Counted from the stretch's first letter, positions 33,041 through 43,976 are shown. The stretch is 64,000 nucleotides of DNA from an uncultured Candidatus Rokubacteria bacterium (GCA_963747235.1 CAVVEU010000033.1:192001-256000), one strand, 5' to 3'. Notes: generated by a model from the sequence alone, not told the origin. Numbers and translations: made by a program.

Positions 33041-34722
33041 CCGGTCCTTCGACAGGTCGCTCGTCGTCTGGCTGCTGCTGATCGCGCTGCTGCTGCTGCT
33101 CGTGGTCAACCCGCTCGCCCGTCTGCTGTGGGCGAGCTTCGAGCACCCGGAGACCGGCGCCTTCACGCTCGAGAACTACGCGGCGGCCTACGGGCGCTGG
33201 CGGTACATCGAGGCGCTCATCAATTCGCTCGTGGTCGGCCTCGCGGTGGCGGTGGTCTGTACCGTCTTCGGGGTGCCGATGGCGTGGGCGGTGTCGCGCA
33301 CCGACATGCCCGGCAAGGGCCTGGTGTGGGCCGCGGTGCTCGGCACGTTCATCATGCCGAACTACCTGGGCGCGGTGGCCTGGATCCTGATGGCCGGGCC
33401 CAACGCGGGCTGGCTCAACCGCATCTTCACCGGCCTCACCGGCGCGTCCGCCGGCCCCTTCAACGTCTACAGCATGTCCGGGCTGGTCCTGGTCATCGCC
33501 TGCTACTCGTTCCCGTACATGTTCGTGTTCACCCGCTCCGCGCTGGACCTGATCTCCTCCGAGATGGAGGACGCGGCCAGCACCCTCGGCGCGGGCGCGC
33601 TGCGCACGACGCTCCGGGTGACCCTGCCGCTGGCCCTGCCCGCCATCATGGGCGCGTTCATCGTGGTGTTCCTCGAGGCCATCGCGCTCTTCGGCGCCCC
33701 CGCGCTGATCGCGCTGCCCGCGCGCTTCCAGGTCATGACCACCACGCTGTGGCAGATGTTCGAGTTCCCGCCCCGCGTGCAGGTCGCCGCCGCCTACGCG
33801 ATGCCGCTGCTGCTGATCACCGTGTTCCTGTTCTGGCTGCAGTACCGGATCATCGCCCGCAAGGGCTTCGTGGCGCTGACCGGCAAGGGCGGCGAGCGGC
33901 GCATGGTGCGCCTCGGCCCCTGGCGCTGGCCCCTGCTCGCCTACTGCCTCTTCGTCACCTCGCTCTCGTTCTTCATGCCCATGCTGGTGGTGCTGCAGGC
34001 CGCCTTCGCGCGGGCCTGGGGCCGCGGGTTCTCGTGGGACAACGTCACGCTGCGCAACCTGCGCTTCGTGCTCTTCGACCAGACCGCCACCCGCGCGGCC
34101 ACCGTGAACACCTTCGTCTACGCGGGAGCCGCCTCGATCATCGCGCTCGGGCTGGCCCTGGCCATCGCCTACATCGTGGCCCGGCGCCTGGTGCCGTTCG
34201 GCCGCGTGCTGACCTACGTGGCGATGGCGCCCTTCGTGATTCCGGGCATCGTGCTCGCGATCGGCTTCTACGCGGCCTACACCACGAAGCCGCTGCTGCT
34301 CTACGGCACCGCGTGGATCCTGATCCTGGCCTTCGCCACCCGCTTCCTGCCGATCGCGTACTCCAACAGCGACGCGGCGCTCCGCAGCATCAACCCGGAG
34401 CTGGAGGACGCCGCGCGCATCCTGGGCGCGAGCCGGCTCCTGGCCCTGCGCCGCGTGGTGGCCCCGCTGCTGCGGCGCGGGCTCGCGGGGGCCTTCATCC
34501 TGGTCTTCATCCCGGCCACCCGCGAGCTCTCCTCCGCGATCTTCCTCTACACCACCGGCACCCAGGTGCTCTCGGTGCTGCTCTTCGACAAGAGCGACGA
34601 GGGCAACTTCGAGATCCTCTCCTCGATGGGCCTGATCCTGGTCGTGGTCACGGTGGCGCTCGTGCTGGTGGGCTTCCGCCTGGTCGGCCGCGACTTCCTG
34701 CTGCGGACGGACCGCCACGTGA
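33030..34722 (+). CDS. ABC transporter permease (FbpB-like, duplicated TM domain)
   Basis: Two EAA-type motifs (EMEDAASTLGA, ELEDAARILGA); many TM helices. Confidence 0.85.
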
Positions 34723-35794
34723 GCCGTCTCGTCCTCACCGACGTGAGCCGCCGCTTCGGCAGCGTGACCGCGGTGGACCGCTTCAGCCTGACGCTCCCCC
34801 CCGGCGAGTTCGTCTCGCTCCTCGGGCCGTCGGGCTGCGGGAAGACCACCACGCTGCGGATGATCGCGGGCTTCCTCGATCCGAGCGCGGGCACCATCGC
34901 GATGGACGGGCGCACCATCTCCTCGCCCGGCTCCACGCTGCCGCCCGAGAAGCGCAACATGTCCATGATCTTCCAGAGCTACGCGATCTGGCCCAACATG
35001 ACCGTCGCGGAGAACGTGGCGTTCGGGCTCGAGGTGCGGCGCCTGGGCCAAGGCCGAGATCTCGGCCAAGGTGGCCAAGATCCTCGACGTGGTGCAGATG
35101 GGCCACCTGGGCGCGCGCTATCCGCAAGAGCTCTCGGGCGGCCAGCAGCAGCGCGTCGCGCTGGCCCGCGCCATCGTGGTGCAGCCGGCGGTGCTGCTGC
35201 TCGACGAGCCGCTGAGCAACCTCGACGCCAACCTGCGCGAGGAGATGCGCTACGAGATCCGCCGCCTGCACGACGAGTTCCACATCACCACGGTGTACGT
35301 GACGCACGACCAGGCGGAGGCGATGGTGGCCTCGGACCGCATCGCGGTCATGAACCAGGGCCGGGTCGAGCAGGTGGACGCCCCGCGCGCCCTCTACGCG
35401 CGACCGCGCACGCGCTTCGTGGCCGGCTTCATCGGGCGCACCAACCTGCTGGACGGAGAGGTCCGCGGCGAGGAGGTCGTCTTCGACCGCTTCGCGATCG
35501 CGCGGCGCGCCTTCGCGGAGCCGGCCGCGCTCGCGGGCCGCGTGAGCTTCTCGCTGCGGCCGCAGTCCATCGTGCTGCACCGCCAGCCCCCGCCCGCGGA
35601 CCGCGCGAGCGTCGTCCCGGGCCAGGTCACGCAGCGCGCCTACCTGGGCGAGCACTGGGACTACACGGTGCGCCCGGCGGAGCAGCGCGCTCGCGCTGCG
35701 GGTGACCGCGCGCCCGCACGAGATCTTCGAGGTGGACGAGAAGGTCTGGCTCGAGCTGGATCCGCGCCAGATGGCGGCCCTCGAGCCCGAGTGA
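34719..35794 (+). CDS. ABC transporter ATP-binding protein (PotA/FbpC-like; frameshifted)
   Basis: [22 protein letters not shown] and VTHDQ motifs; TOBE-like tail. Confidence 0.9.
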
Positions 35795-36342
35795 GGCTGA
35801 TCCTCCTCAACAAGCCCTACGGCGTGCTGTGCCAGTTCACCGACACGGCGGGCCGGCCCACGCTCGCCCGCTACGTCTCGGTCTCCGGCGTCTACCCGGC
35901 CGGCCGCCTCGACCACGACAGCGAGGGGCTGGTGCTGCTCACCGACGACGGCGCGCTCCAGGCGCGCCTGGCCGAGCCGCGGCACGGCGTCGAGAAGACC
36001 TACTGGGCGCAGGTGGAGGGCGTGCCCGCGGAGGCCGCGATCGAGAAGCTTCGCGCCGGCGTGGTCCTGAAGGACGGGCGCACGCGGCCGGCGCGCGCGC
36101 GGCTCATCGACGCGCCGCCCCGGCTCTGGCCGCGCGATCCGCCGATCCGGTACCGCGCGGCGATTCCCACGTCGTGGATCGAGATCGGGATCCGCGAGGG
36201 CCGCAACCGGCAGGTGCGGCGCATGACCGCGGCGGTGGGGCATCCGACGCTGCGGCTGATCCGCGTGTCGATCGGGCCGTATGCGCTGGGCACGCTGCCG
36301 CCGGGGCAGTGGCGGGCGGAGGAGCCGGTGCGGCTGCGGTAA
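35791..36342 (+). CDS. rluE: rRNA pseudouridine synthase (RluE-like)
   Basis: [34 protein letters not shown] and PTLRLIR motifs. Confidence 0.8.
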   Translation: MRLILLNKPYGVLCQFTDTAGRPTLARYVSVSGVYPAGRLDHDSEGLVLLTDDGALQARLAEPRHGVEKTYWAQVEGVPAEAAIEKLRAGVVLKDGRTRPARARLIDAPPRLWPRDPPIRYRAAIPTSWIEIGIREGRNRQVRRMTAAVGHPTLRLIRVSIGPYALGTLPPGQWRAEEPVRLR

Positions 36343-36348
36343 GGACCG

Positions 36349-36429
36349 CCCCTCACCCTGCCCTCTCCCCTGAGGGGAGAGGGGGAGTTCGACCCCCTCT
36401 CCCTTCCAGGGAGAGGGTTGGGGTGAGGG
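36349..36429. repeat. Inverted pair of CCCCTCACCC-type palindromic repeats between convergent genes
   Basis: CCCCTCACCCTGCCCTCTCCCCTGAGGGGAGAGGG followed by an opposite-orientation copy ending GGGAGAGGGTTGGGGTGAGGG. Confidence 0.85.
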
Positions 36430-36434
36430 TGCGC

Positions 36435-37211
36435 CTAGAAGATGGCGTAGCCGCCGTCGATGACGAAGGTGTCGCCGGTGTGGTAGCTGCTCGCGTCGCT
36501 GGCCAGGTAGACCGCGATGCCGCCGAAGTCGCCGCCGGTGCCCCAGCGCCGCACGGGCACCCGCGGGAGCACGCGCGTCTGGAAGACCTCGCCGTGGACG
36601 GCCTTCTCGGTCATCGGCGTGTCGATCCAGCCGGGCACGATGGCGTTGACGCGGATCTTGTGGCGCGCGAGCCCGACCGAGAGCGCGCGCATGACCGAGA
36701 GCATCGCGCCCTTGCTGGCCGCGTAGTGGGCGCTGAGCGGCGAGCCCTCGAGCGCGGCGAGGCTCGCGGTGACCGCCAGCGAGCCGCCCGCCCCGCGCGC
36801 GGTCATGTGCCGGGCCGCCGCGCGCAGGGTGAAGAAGGCGCCGTCGAGATTCACCGCGAGCACCCGGTGCCACTCCTGGGTGGTCATCTCCGCGAAGCTC
36901 GTGGCGCCGCCGCGGCCGGACACGCCCGCGTTGACGAAGCAGGCGTCCACCCCGCCGAGGGTGGACACGGTCTCCTTGAAGGCGTGCTCCACGGCAGCCT
37001 CGTCGCTCACGTCGCAGCGGAGCGCCAGAGCCTTCGCCCCGATCGCGTGCAGGCGCGCGAGCGCGTGCACGTTCTTGTCCTCGTTGGTGCCCCAGATGCA
37101 GACCGCGGCGCCGGCGTGCGCCATCGCCTCCGCCATTCCGAGGCCGATGCCGCTGTTGCCGCCGGTGACGATCGCGGTCTTACCGGTGAGATCGAAGGCC
37201 TTGTACGCCAT
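36435..37211 (-). CDS. SDR family oxidoreductase
   Basis: TGGNSGIG, YAASK and TGDTFVIDGG motifs. Confidence 0.9.
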   Translation of the reverse strand: MAYKAFDLTGKTAIVTGGNSGIGLGMAEAMAHAGAAVCIWGTNEDKNVHALARLHAIGAKALALRCDVSDEAAVEHAFKETVSTLGGVDACFVNAGVSGRGGATSFAEMTTQEWHRVLAVNLDGAFFTLRAAARHMTARGAGGSLAVTASLAALEGSPLSAHYAASKGAMLSVMRALSVGLARHKIRVNAIVPGWIDTPMTEKAVHGEVFQTRVLPRVPVRRWGTGGDFGGIAVYLASDASSYHTGDTFVIDGGYAIF

Positions 37212-37226
37212 GAGACGGCTCTCCTC

Positions 37227-38774
37227 CTACGGCCGCATGCGATGGGTGGACGGACCCACTTCGCGCAGCGGCGCGGCCAGCTCCGCGAACTCGCAGAGCA
37301 GCGGGCGCGTGGCGCGCGGGTCGATGATCTCCTCGATCCAGAAGGCCTCCGCCGAGCGGAAGGGCGAGCGAAGCTTCTGCAGCCGCTCCTCGATCTCGAT
37401 CATCTTCGCGGCCGGATCGGCGGCGGCCTGGATGTCGGCGCGGTAGGCGGCCTCGATGCCGCCCTCGAGCGGCAGCGAGCCCCAGCGCCCCGACGGCCAC
37501 GCGTAGCGCGGGCCGTAGCGCGCCCCCGGCTTGTGGGCCGCGCCGGCCACCCCGAACACGTTCCGGATGATGACCGCGCACCACGGAATGGTCGACTGCC
37601 AGATCGCGGACATCGCGCGCACGCCCTGCTTGATGGTGCCGGTCTGCTCGGCCTCGAGCCCGATCAGGAAACCCGGGCAGTCCACCAGGTAGACCACCGG
37701 CAGGTGGAAGGTCTGCGCGAAGTCCACGAAGCGCTCCACCTTCTGGCAGGTGTCGGCGGTCCAGGCGCCGCCGTAGAAGTAGGGATCGCTGGCCAGCACC
37801 GCCACCGGCCAGCCGTCGAGCCGGGCGAGGCCGGTGATGATGGCGCGCCCGTAGAGCGGCTGGATCTCGAAGAACGACCCGCGGTCCACCACCGCCTCCA
37901 CGATCGCGCGCATCTTGTAGGGCTTGCGGATGTCGCGCGGCACCGCGTCCGAGAGCCACTCCTCACGGCGCTCCCGGTCGTCGGTCTGCGGGCCGCGCGG
38001 CGGCAGCTCGTAGATGGACGAGGGCAGATACGAGAGGAAGCGCCGCGCCACCGCGAAGGCCTCCTCTTCCGTGTCCACCGCCTGGTCCACCGCGCCCGCC
38101 TTGAGCTGGATCTGCCAGCCGCCGAGCTCGTTCTTGGTGAGCTTCTGGCCGAGCCGCGCGACGACGGGCGGGCCGGCCACGAAGAGCGCCGACTTGTCCT
38201 TCACCATCACCGAGAGGTGCGCGGCCGCGAGATGCGCCGCGCCGAGGCCGGCGACCGAGCCCAGGCCCAGCGCCACGCGCGGCACGGTGCCGATGCTGTT
38301 GACGACCCACTCCCAGCCGGCGACGCCGGGCACGTTGGCGCGCCCGGTGGTCTCGATGGTCTTCACCGAGCCGCCGCCGCCCGAGCCCTCGACGATGCGG
38401 ATCAGCGGCAGCCGCAGCTCGTTGGCCATCTGCTCGCACTGGTTGTGCTTGCCCTTGATCGTCGCGTCCGCCGAGCCGCCGCGCACCGTGAAGTCGTCCC
38501 CGCCCACCACCACCGGGCGGCCGTCGAGCCGCGCGCGGCCGAAGACGAAGTTCGACGGCGTCAGCTCCTTCAGATCGTTGTTGGCGTCGTAGGAGGCCTT
38601 CCCGGCGATCTTGCCGATCTCGTGGAAGCTCTGCGCGTCCACCAGGCGGTCGATGCGCTCGCGGATCGTGTAGCGCCCGCCGTCGTGCTGCCGCTTCACC
38701 CGCTCGGGGCCGCCGAGGCCCTCGGCGAACTCCTCGCGGCGCTTCAGGTCGTCCATCTCGGACTTCCAGTTCAT
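37227..38774 (-). CDS. Acyl-CoA carboxylase carboxyltransferase subunit
   Basis: DDFTVRGG, FVAGPPVV, LVDCPGFLIG and IIDPRATR motifs; ATG at 38774 with GGAGG RBS. Confidence 0.85.
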   Translation of the reverse strand: MNWKSEMDDLKRREEFAEGLGGPERVKRQHDGGRYTIRERIDRLVDAQSFHEIGKIAGKASYDANNDLKELTPSNFVFGRARLDGRPVVVGGDDFTVRGGSADATIKGKHNQCEQMANELRLPLIRIVEGSGGGGSVKTIETTGRANVPGVAGWEWVVNSIGTVPRVALGLGSVAGLGAAHLAAAHLSVMVKDKSALFVAGPPVVARLGQKLTKNELGGWQIQLKAGAVDQAVDTEEEAFAVARRFLSYLPSSIYELPPRGPQTDDRERREEWLSDAVPRDIRKPYKMRAIVEAVVDRGSFFEIQPLYGRAIITGLARLDGWPVAVLASDPYFYGGAWTADTCQKVERFVDFAQTFHLPVVYLVDCPGFLIGLEAEQTGTIKQGVRAMSAIWQSTIPWCAVIIRNVFGVAGAAHKPGARYGPRYAWPSGRWGSLPLEGGIEAAYRADIQAAADPAAKMIEIEERLQKLRSPFRSAEAFWIEEIIDPRATRPLLCEFAELAAPLREVGPSTHRMRP

Positions 38775-38818
38775 GGGGAGACCTCCGCGGGGATGGTAGC
38801 AGGGCGCGCGCGGGATGC

Positions 38819-39242
38819 CTAGGCGGGGCCGAACACGAGCGAGATGCGATTCCGGTCGTCCGCCCGCCGGTATTCCACGTGCCGGGCCATGGCGGAGACG
38901 AGGAGCACGCCGAGCCCACCCACCGGACGGTCCTGCACGTCCGCGTCCGGATCGGGGCTCACCACCGCCGCGAACGGGTCGTGCGGCGGGCCGGTGTCCT
39001 CGTAGACGAGCGTGATGCGGCCGGGCGCGACGCTCGCAGTCGAGCCGCACCGGCGCGTCGCTGTCCGCGCCGTGCCCGTGCACGACCGTGTTGGTGAAGA
39101 GCTCCTCCACCAGGAGCGTGACCCGCAGGCACATCGCCCGGTCGAGCCCGGCCGCCGCGCACACCTCGGCGAGGAAGGCCTCGACCTGCGGCAGGGCGTC
39201 GCGGCGGGCGGGGAAGATCCGGAGGTATCGAAGGCCGCTCAC
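38819..39242 (-). CDS. RsbW-like anti-sigma factor / HATPase_c Ser kinase (frameshift near 39030)
   Basis: VEELFTNTVVHG, YEDTGPPHDPF and RPVGGLGVLLV across two frames. Confidence 0.8.
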
Positions 39243-39248
39243 TGAGCT

Positions 39249-39276
39249 ATTGTAAGGGCCGCCGCGAGCGCGTCAA
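39249..39276 (-). promoter_or_regulatory. Putative sigma70 promoter giving a leaderless transcript
   Basis: TTGACG-N16-TACAAT, 6 nt before GTG at 39242; no SD sequence. Confidence 0.5.
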
Positions 39277-39327
39277 CGCTCTGAGAGAGCCCTGGACCAA
39301 CGCCGTCGTCGGGAGGAACACCGCGCC

Positions 39328-40350
39328 ATGCTTGATTCTCCTCGCTCATGCCTCTCGCGGCTCATCGCGCGGCTCGCGCTCGGCGCCTTGGTCTCGGTCG
39401 GCCTGGTCGCGGTACCGTGGCTGGCCGCCTCGCAGCCGGCCCAGAAGGTATTCCGGGTCGGTTACCTGTCGGCCACCGGTCGCACGCCCGACGGCGCGCC
39501 GCCCCGCCCCTTTCGCGAGACCTTGCGAGGGCTCGGCTATGTCGAGGGTCAGAACATCGTGTACGAGACGCGCTTTGCGGAGGCCAAGTTCGAACGGCTT
39601 CCGGAGATGGCGGCCGAGCTCGTGCGCCTCAAGGTCGACGTCCTCGTGACGCAGGGGGGATCGGCGACGGTGGCCGCGAAACAGGCAACCTCGACCATTC
39701 CGATCGTCATGTCGCTGGCCTCCGGGGACGCGGTGGCTACCGGGATGATCGCGAGCCTCGCGCGCCCGGGCCAGAACGTCACCGGGTTGACCGACGAATC
39801 CATCCAGCTCAGCGCCAAGCGCATGGAGATGCTCAAGGAAGCGGTCCCGAAGGCGGCACGGATCGCCGTCCTCTGGAACGCCAACGATCAGGGGATGACG
39901 CTGCGCTACCGCGAGATCGAGAAGGCGGCGCGGCTCCTCCAGGTGGAGGTGCAGGCGCTCGGCGTGCGCGAGCCGGATGATTTCGACGGGGCGTTCTCCA
40001 CGATGGCGCGACAACGGCCGGACGCCATGTTCCTGGTGGCGGATGCGCTCACGAACCTGAACCGCAAACGCTTCATCGACTTTGCCTCGGCGCAGCGCAT
40101 TCCCGCCATGTACGAAACCTACCTCCTCGTCCGGGATGGCGGGCTGATGTCGTACGGGCCCAACTTCGAGGACAGCTTCCGTCAGGCCGCACTCTACGTC
40201 GATCGCATCCTCAAGGGCGCGAAACCCGCGGACCTCCCGGCGCAGCAGCCGACGACCTACATCCTCGCGGTCAACCTCAAGACGGCGGCGACGCTGGGCT
40301 TGACCTTGCCGCCCTCGCTGCTCCTTCGCGCCGACGAAGTGATCCAGTAG
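39328..40350 (+). CDS. ABC transporter substrate-binding protein (ABC_sub_bind family)
   Basis: LGYVEGQN, ASLARPG, GGLMSYG, ILKGAKPADLP and LLRADEVIQ motifs. Confidence 0.9.
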   Translation: MLDSPRSCLSRLIARLALGALVSVGLVAVPWLAASQPAQKVFRVGYLSATGRTPDGAPPRPFRETLRGLGYVEGQNIVYETRFAEAKFERLPEMAAELVRLKVDVLVTQGGSATVAAKQATSTIPIVMSLASGDAVATGMIASLARPGQNVTGLTDESIQLSAKRMEMLKEAVPKAARIAVLWNANDQGMTLRYREIEKAARLLQVEVQALGVREPDDFDGAFSTMARQRPDAMFLVADALTNLNRKRFIDFASAQRIPAMYETYLLVRDGGLMSYGPNFEDSFRQAALYVDRILKGAKPADLPAQQPTTYILAVNLKTAATLGLTLPPSLLLRADEVIQ

Positions 40351-40417
40351 GCCGAGCCGTCACCCGCGCGGCTTGCTGGAGAGGTCAGACAAGGCCGGGC
40401 GGGCGGAGGCCCGTCAC

Positions 40418-40916
40418 CTATCCCGCGTGAGCCCGCCTCAGCTCCGCGATGTCGATCTTCTTCATGCGCAGCATCGCGGTCATGACTCGCTGGGACTTCG
40501 CCGGATCGGGGTCCATGAGCAGCTCGACCAGCACGCGGGGCACGATCTGCCAGGAGACGCCGTACCGGTCCTTGAGCCAGCCGCACTGCTGGGCGTTCGG
40601 GTCCCCGCCCTCGGACAGCGTCGTCCAGTAGTGGTCCACCTCGGCCTGGGTCTCGCAATTGACCTGGAGCGAGATGGCCTCGTTGAACTTGAAGAACGGG
40701 CCGCCGTTGAGCGCGGTGAACGTCTGCCCATCCAGCTCGAAGGCGACGGTCATCACCGATCCCGCCGGCCTCCCGTGGATCTCCTTCCCGGCTTCTCCGT
40801 ACCGGGACACGGTCACGACCTTCGAGTTCTTGAAGATCGCGGTATAGAACGCGCACGGCCTCCTCGGCCTGATCGTCGAACCACAGGCAGGGGGTGATCT
40901 TCTGAACGACCGGCAT
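40418..40916 (-). CDS. VOC / 3-demethylubiquinone methyltransferase-like (PhnB-like) protein (frameshift near 40855)
   Basis: QKITPCLWFDDQAEEA, ALNGGP and CGWLKDRYGVSWQ motifs. Confidence 0.85.
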
Positions 40917-40998
40917 GGTATTCCTCCTCTGGGGTCATTTCGGCTGACACGCGCCGTCCTCACCAGCTAGTCGCTCGAGGACCCCCGGGATCGACACC

Positions 40999-41285
40999 TC
41001 ATGCTCGGCGCTGGACGTTCCGAAAGCGGGCCGCCCCCTTCGCGCGGGCCTTCGCCGCCTCCGCCTCGCGGTCGCGGGGACGGCGCGTTCGTGACGAGCG
41101 CATCGAGCAGGACCCGGGCCGCCTGCGCCACCTCATCGACCGCTCGGGTGAACGCCGGCTCGTTGGCCCTGGATGGCCTCGAGAACCCACTCAGCTTCCG
41201 GACGAACTGCAGAGCACGACGCCCGGATCTCCTCCTCCGTGGCCGGCGGCTTGAAGTTGTACAGCGTCTTGATGCTTCGGCACAT
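40999..41285 (-). CDS. DUF2277 family protein (2 frameshifts)
   Basis: MCRSIKTLYNFKPPATEEEI..ALQFVRKLSG..PS.AN..RDREAEAAKAR; AAGGAGG RBS. Confidence 0.8.
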
Positions 41286-41304
41286 GCGAACACCTCCTTA
41301 TCTG

Positions 41305-41670
41305 TCAGGTGCTGTATCGAGCATCGACGTATGCCCACGCACGTACTCCCGATCGAAGGACCACCGCCACGCGCTTGACCGCCGCGACCTCGTACCGGTC
41401 GGCATTCTGAATCTCATCTGGCGTGACCGCAAACACCGTCCCCGCGATGACGTCCGAGGCCCGTCCGGTGAACCTGGCCATGGTGTGCTGCGCCGTTCCG
41501 CTGATCGCAATCACCGCCGGGTCCTCGATCTCCAGCGAGGCCAGCTCGAATCCTACCAAAGCATCGCCGGTACCCGCCAATGGCCGACCGAACGTCGCCA
41601 TCTGTACCGACTCGAGCTGGAGCGTGCCGTACGAGAAGAGGAGCTCAGGGTACGCCTCGTTCACCGCCAT
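41305..41670 (-). CDS. Gamma-glutamylcyclotransferase-like protein
   Basis: LFSYGTLQ, ADRYE and AWAYV motifs. Confidence 0.75.
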   Translation of the reverse strand: MAVNEAYPELLFSYGTLQLESVQMATFGRPLAGTGDALVGFELASLEIEDPAVIAISGTAQHTMARFTGRASDVIAGTVFAVTPDEIQNADRYEVAAVKRVAVVLRSGVRAWAYVDARYST

Positions 41671-41810
41671 GGGATCTCCGTTGCCGTCGAGGTTACTTCA
41701 AGCGTGCGAGACCACCCTCTGCCGCAAGGATAATGCACCCGCGACCCTGTTCGCCATTTGCGTTGGTGGCGGGCTGCTTCGTTTGAAGATGGCGGTGGCC
41801 TCGCGCCGCC

Positions 41811-41844
41811 GCCTAGCCGTCCCAGCTCAGCCGTCGGCTGGAGC
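41811..41844 (-). mobile_element. Degenerate attC remnant
   Basis: Minus strand GCTCCAGC..GCTGAGCTGGGAC-GGCTAGGC resembles R'' plus L'-spacer-R', and GCTCCA complements the cassette start GTTTGGAGC. Confidence 0.45.
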
Positions 41845-42207
41845 ACGCGAGACGACCACGTCCATCGCTCGACGAAGACTACGAGAGCCTCTTGGCACTC
41901 TCTCGAGCTCGGAGAAGACCGCCTCCCATTGCGGTGGATCGAGCCATTCATAGAGATGGCCGTCATCATCAACATCAATGGTGGGCGCTAGCGACCGGAT
42001 GCGCGCCTGCCACGCGGCAAACGCCCGCCTCGACGCGACTGCCTCCAGATGGCTCCGCCACATCAGCCACAGGCCGAGTGCCATGGCTAGACCGAATAGC
42101 CAAAGGAACAGAGGACTCCATGGCCGAGGCCGCACAACGACAAACACGAGAAGGAGTAGCGCCCAGAGAAGATAGTGCGCGAATTGAGAACGCAGGAACC
42201 TAGTCAT
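41827..42207 (-). CDS. Cassette-borne hypothetical membrane protein
   Basis: Two N-terminal TM helices; ATG about 10 nt after the attC R' site. Confidence 0.6.
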   Translation of the reverse strand: MTRFLRSQFAHYLLWALLLLVFVVVRPRPWSPLFLWLFGLAMALGLWLMWRSHLEAVASRRAFAAWQARIRSLAPTIDVDDDGHLYEWLDPPQWEAVFSELERVPRGSRSLRRAMDVVVSRAPADG

Positions 42208-42216
42208 CGCTCTGGC

Positions 42217-42312
42217 TCCAAACGTTCGCGCTAACCGGCCGCCGAGGAGCGAAGCGACGAGGGATCCCGCAAGCGCAGCTTGCGGACGGTCCGGTTGAGC
42301 GCGGGGTTAGGG
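42217..42312 (-). mobile_element. attC site (full length)
   Basis: Minus strand CCCTAAC-cccgcGCTCAACCGGAC...GGCCGGTTAGCGCgaac-GTTTGGA; imperfect palindrome with internal CGCAAGC/GCTTGCG hairpin. Confidence 0.85.
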
Positions 42313-42369
42313 GCCATCCTGGCCGGCGGGCGATACGGGCAGGCGGATACGCGGACGCGTGGCCTTGGG

Positions 42370-43188
42370 CTACGGTTGGGCGACCGCAATTTGACCTTCA
42401 ATCGGGAATGCCAATCCGTCATCGTTCAAATAACTCTGCATTGCTTCGGTCACTTGACGGATCAATGCCTCACGCACGGCGTCGTCGACTTGGGCGACGT
42501 GGGTGGCCAGGGGCGAGCCCGCCACTTGATACCGGACGAACGCCGCGGGCGATGCAAAGCGGACCATTCGCACGTCTGCGCCCACGCGAACTGTTCGGAA
42601 CCCTGCCTGCGTCAGCAAATCGCGAAGGCCGTCGGTGCGGTCACCAAACACAAACGGTGCGCGCATTACCGCAGCAGCTGCGGGGCTCACATTCAGTTCT
42701 AAGGCCGTCGCCAGGGCGGCAAAGCCAGGACTGTGGGCGAGCGCTCGCCAAACCAAGGTCACCAGGCGCCCAGTGGGCTTGAGGACCCGATGCATCTCGC
42801 GCGCAGCCTGTTGCCGGTCTGGGAAGTATTGGAACCCAAGCTGACAGAACACTGCATCAAAACTGCTCGTGTCAAACGGCAGCGCCCCGGCATCCCCTTC
42901 TCGCCAATCCACTGTCGCACCTCCGGGCGGCGCCGAGCCGCGGGCGCGGGCGAGCATGCCCGGGTTGAGATCAAGGCCTACGACATGTCCCGTCGGTCCG
43001 ACCTGTGGTGCGACCAAGCGCGTAACGGCGCCCGTGCCGCATGCAACGTCGAGCGCATGCTCACCCGCACGAAGTGCCGCTTGGGCCACGAGTACAGGTG
43101 CCCATGGCCCAAAGATGGCGGGCACGAGCTGAGTCTCGTAGACCTCTGGAGCATTGCCGCCGAGTTGCCACCCCTCCGCTTGACTCAT
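42370..43188 (-). CDS. Cassette-borne class I SAM-dependent methyltransferase (UbiE-like)
   Basis: LDVACGTG, GLDLNPGML, LPF..FD and LKPTG motifs; AAGGAG RBS. Confidence 0.85.
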   Translation of the reverse strand: MSQAEGWQLGGNAPEVYETQLVPAIFGPWAPVLVAQAALRAGEHALDVACGTGAVTRLVAPQVGPTGHVVGLDLNPGMLARARGSAPPGGATVDWREGDAGALPFDTSSFDAVFCQLGFQYFPDRQQAAREMHRVLKPTGRLVTLVWRALAHSPGFAALATALELNVSPAAAAVMRAPFVFGDRTDGLRDLLTQAGFRTVRVGADVRMVRFASPAAFVRYQVAGSPLATHVAQVDDAVREALIRQVTEAMQSYLNDDGLAFPIEGQIAVAQP

Positions 43189-43206
43189 CTGTGTCTCCTT
43201 TGTGGC

Positions 43207-43225
43207 CCCTACCGGCGGCTTATCC
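43207..43225 (-). mobile_element. Collapsed (19-bp) degenerate attC
   Basis: Minus strand GGATAAG-CCGCC-GGTAGGG; the GNAT cassette begins TTATCCCTCAT and ends ATGAGGGATAA (complementary). Confidence 0.6.
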
Positions 43226-43226
43226 C

Positions 43227-43646
43227 TCATAGGGCTTTCTTCATCAGCGCGAGATAGAAGCCCTTGGCGTAGCCCTCAAGCCGGACTACCTCCTCGTAGC
43301 CATGCTTTTGGTAGAACCGCGGCGCCTGCCACTCGAAGGTCTCGAGAGCCGCGTTTCGCGCCCCCATCTCTCTCGCGAGACACTCGGCCTCAGTCAATAA
43401 TCGGGAGCCGATGCCCCTCCCGCGCGCAGCCTCGTCAACCCAAAGAACTTCGACACGGAGCCAATAGAGCGCCACAATCGCTCGAATTCCACCTACGACG
43501 GACCCATCGGCCTCTCGGGCGTTGAGCCGAATGTACTCCGTCGCCGGGTACTCGCCGACATACGTATGGTTGAACTCGCGAAGCCGGCGACCAATCTCAC
43601 CGGACTGAACCTCTTCTTCGGTGGCAAGCGAAATGGTGACAGTCAT
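43227..43646 (-). CDS. Cassette-borne GNAT acetyltransferase
   Basis: LWVDEAARGRGIGSRLL and FEWQAPRFYQKHGY motifs. Confidence 0.85.
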   Translation of the reverse strand: MTVTISLATEEEVQSGEIGRRLREFNHTYVGEYPATEYIRLNAREADGSVVGGIRAIVALYWLRVEVLWVDEAARGRGIGSRLLTEAECLAREMGARNAALETFEWQAPRFYQKHGYEEVVRLEGYAKGFYLALMKKAL

Positions 43647-43649
43647 GAG

Positions 43650-43667
43650 GGATAACGTGCGTTAGGT
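43650..43667 (-). mobile_element. Collapsed (18-bp) attC
   Basis: Minus strand ACCTAAC-GCAC-GTTATCC; the R'' contains the upstream gene's TAA stop. Confidence 0.7.
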
Positions 43668-43976
43668 GGAATACGCAGGGCCACCTACGCCAGGAACCAC
43701 CATCGTTTTAAGGATTACCGATTCCCGGTCGGTTGCCAACGACAACAGCTCGAGGTCAGCGCGATAGGCAGCGAACTGTTCCTGACCAGGGAAGCTGACA
43801 AGATGTATCTCAAACGGGATATCCGGCGAATTCTCTTGCCCCGTGCGAATCACCTTTTCGATTGAGCCGCCATACTTCCTCATGATTCGGGCCGCCTTTC
43901 GCTCATAGGCTTCGAATTCAGCAACGGCGCCTGGGCGGACCCACAGACTTACGACCCGATAGATTGGACTCTGCAC
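43662..43976 (-). CDS. Cassette-borne DUF1330-like dimeric alpha/beta barrel protein
   Basis: YERKAARIMRKYGG..EIHLVSFP..FAAYRAD; GGAGG RBS before GTG. Confidence 0.65.
   Translation of the reverse strand: MQSPIYRVVSLWVRPGAVAEFEAYERKAARIMRKYGGSIEKVIRTGQENSPDIPFEIHLVSFPGQEQFAAYRADLELLSLATDRESVILKTMVVPGVGGPAYST

Noticed and set aside
32199-36342. Apparent binding protein-permease-ATPase and ATPase-pseudouridine synthase fusions
   Set aside because: Each junction has a stop in an adjacent frame at or near the next start codon, so these are frameshift artefacts.
37227-39242. Apparent RsbW-carboxyltransferase fusion
   Set aside because: The kinase C-terminus continues in another frame to TAG at 38819, and the carboxyltransferase has its own RBS and ATG.
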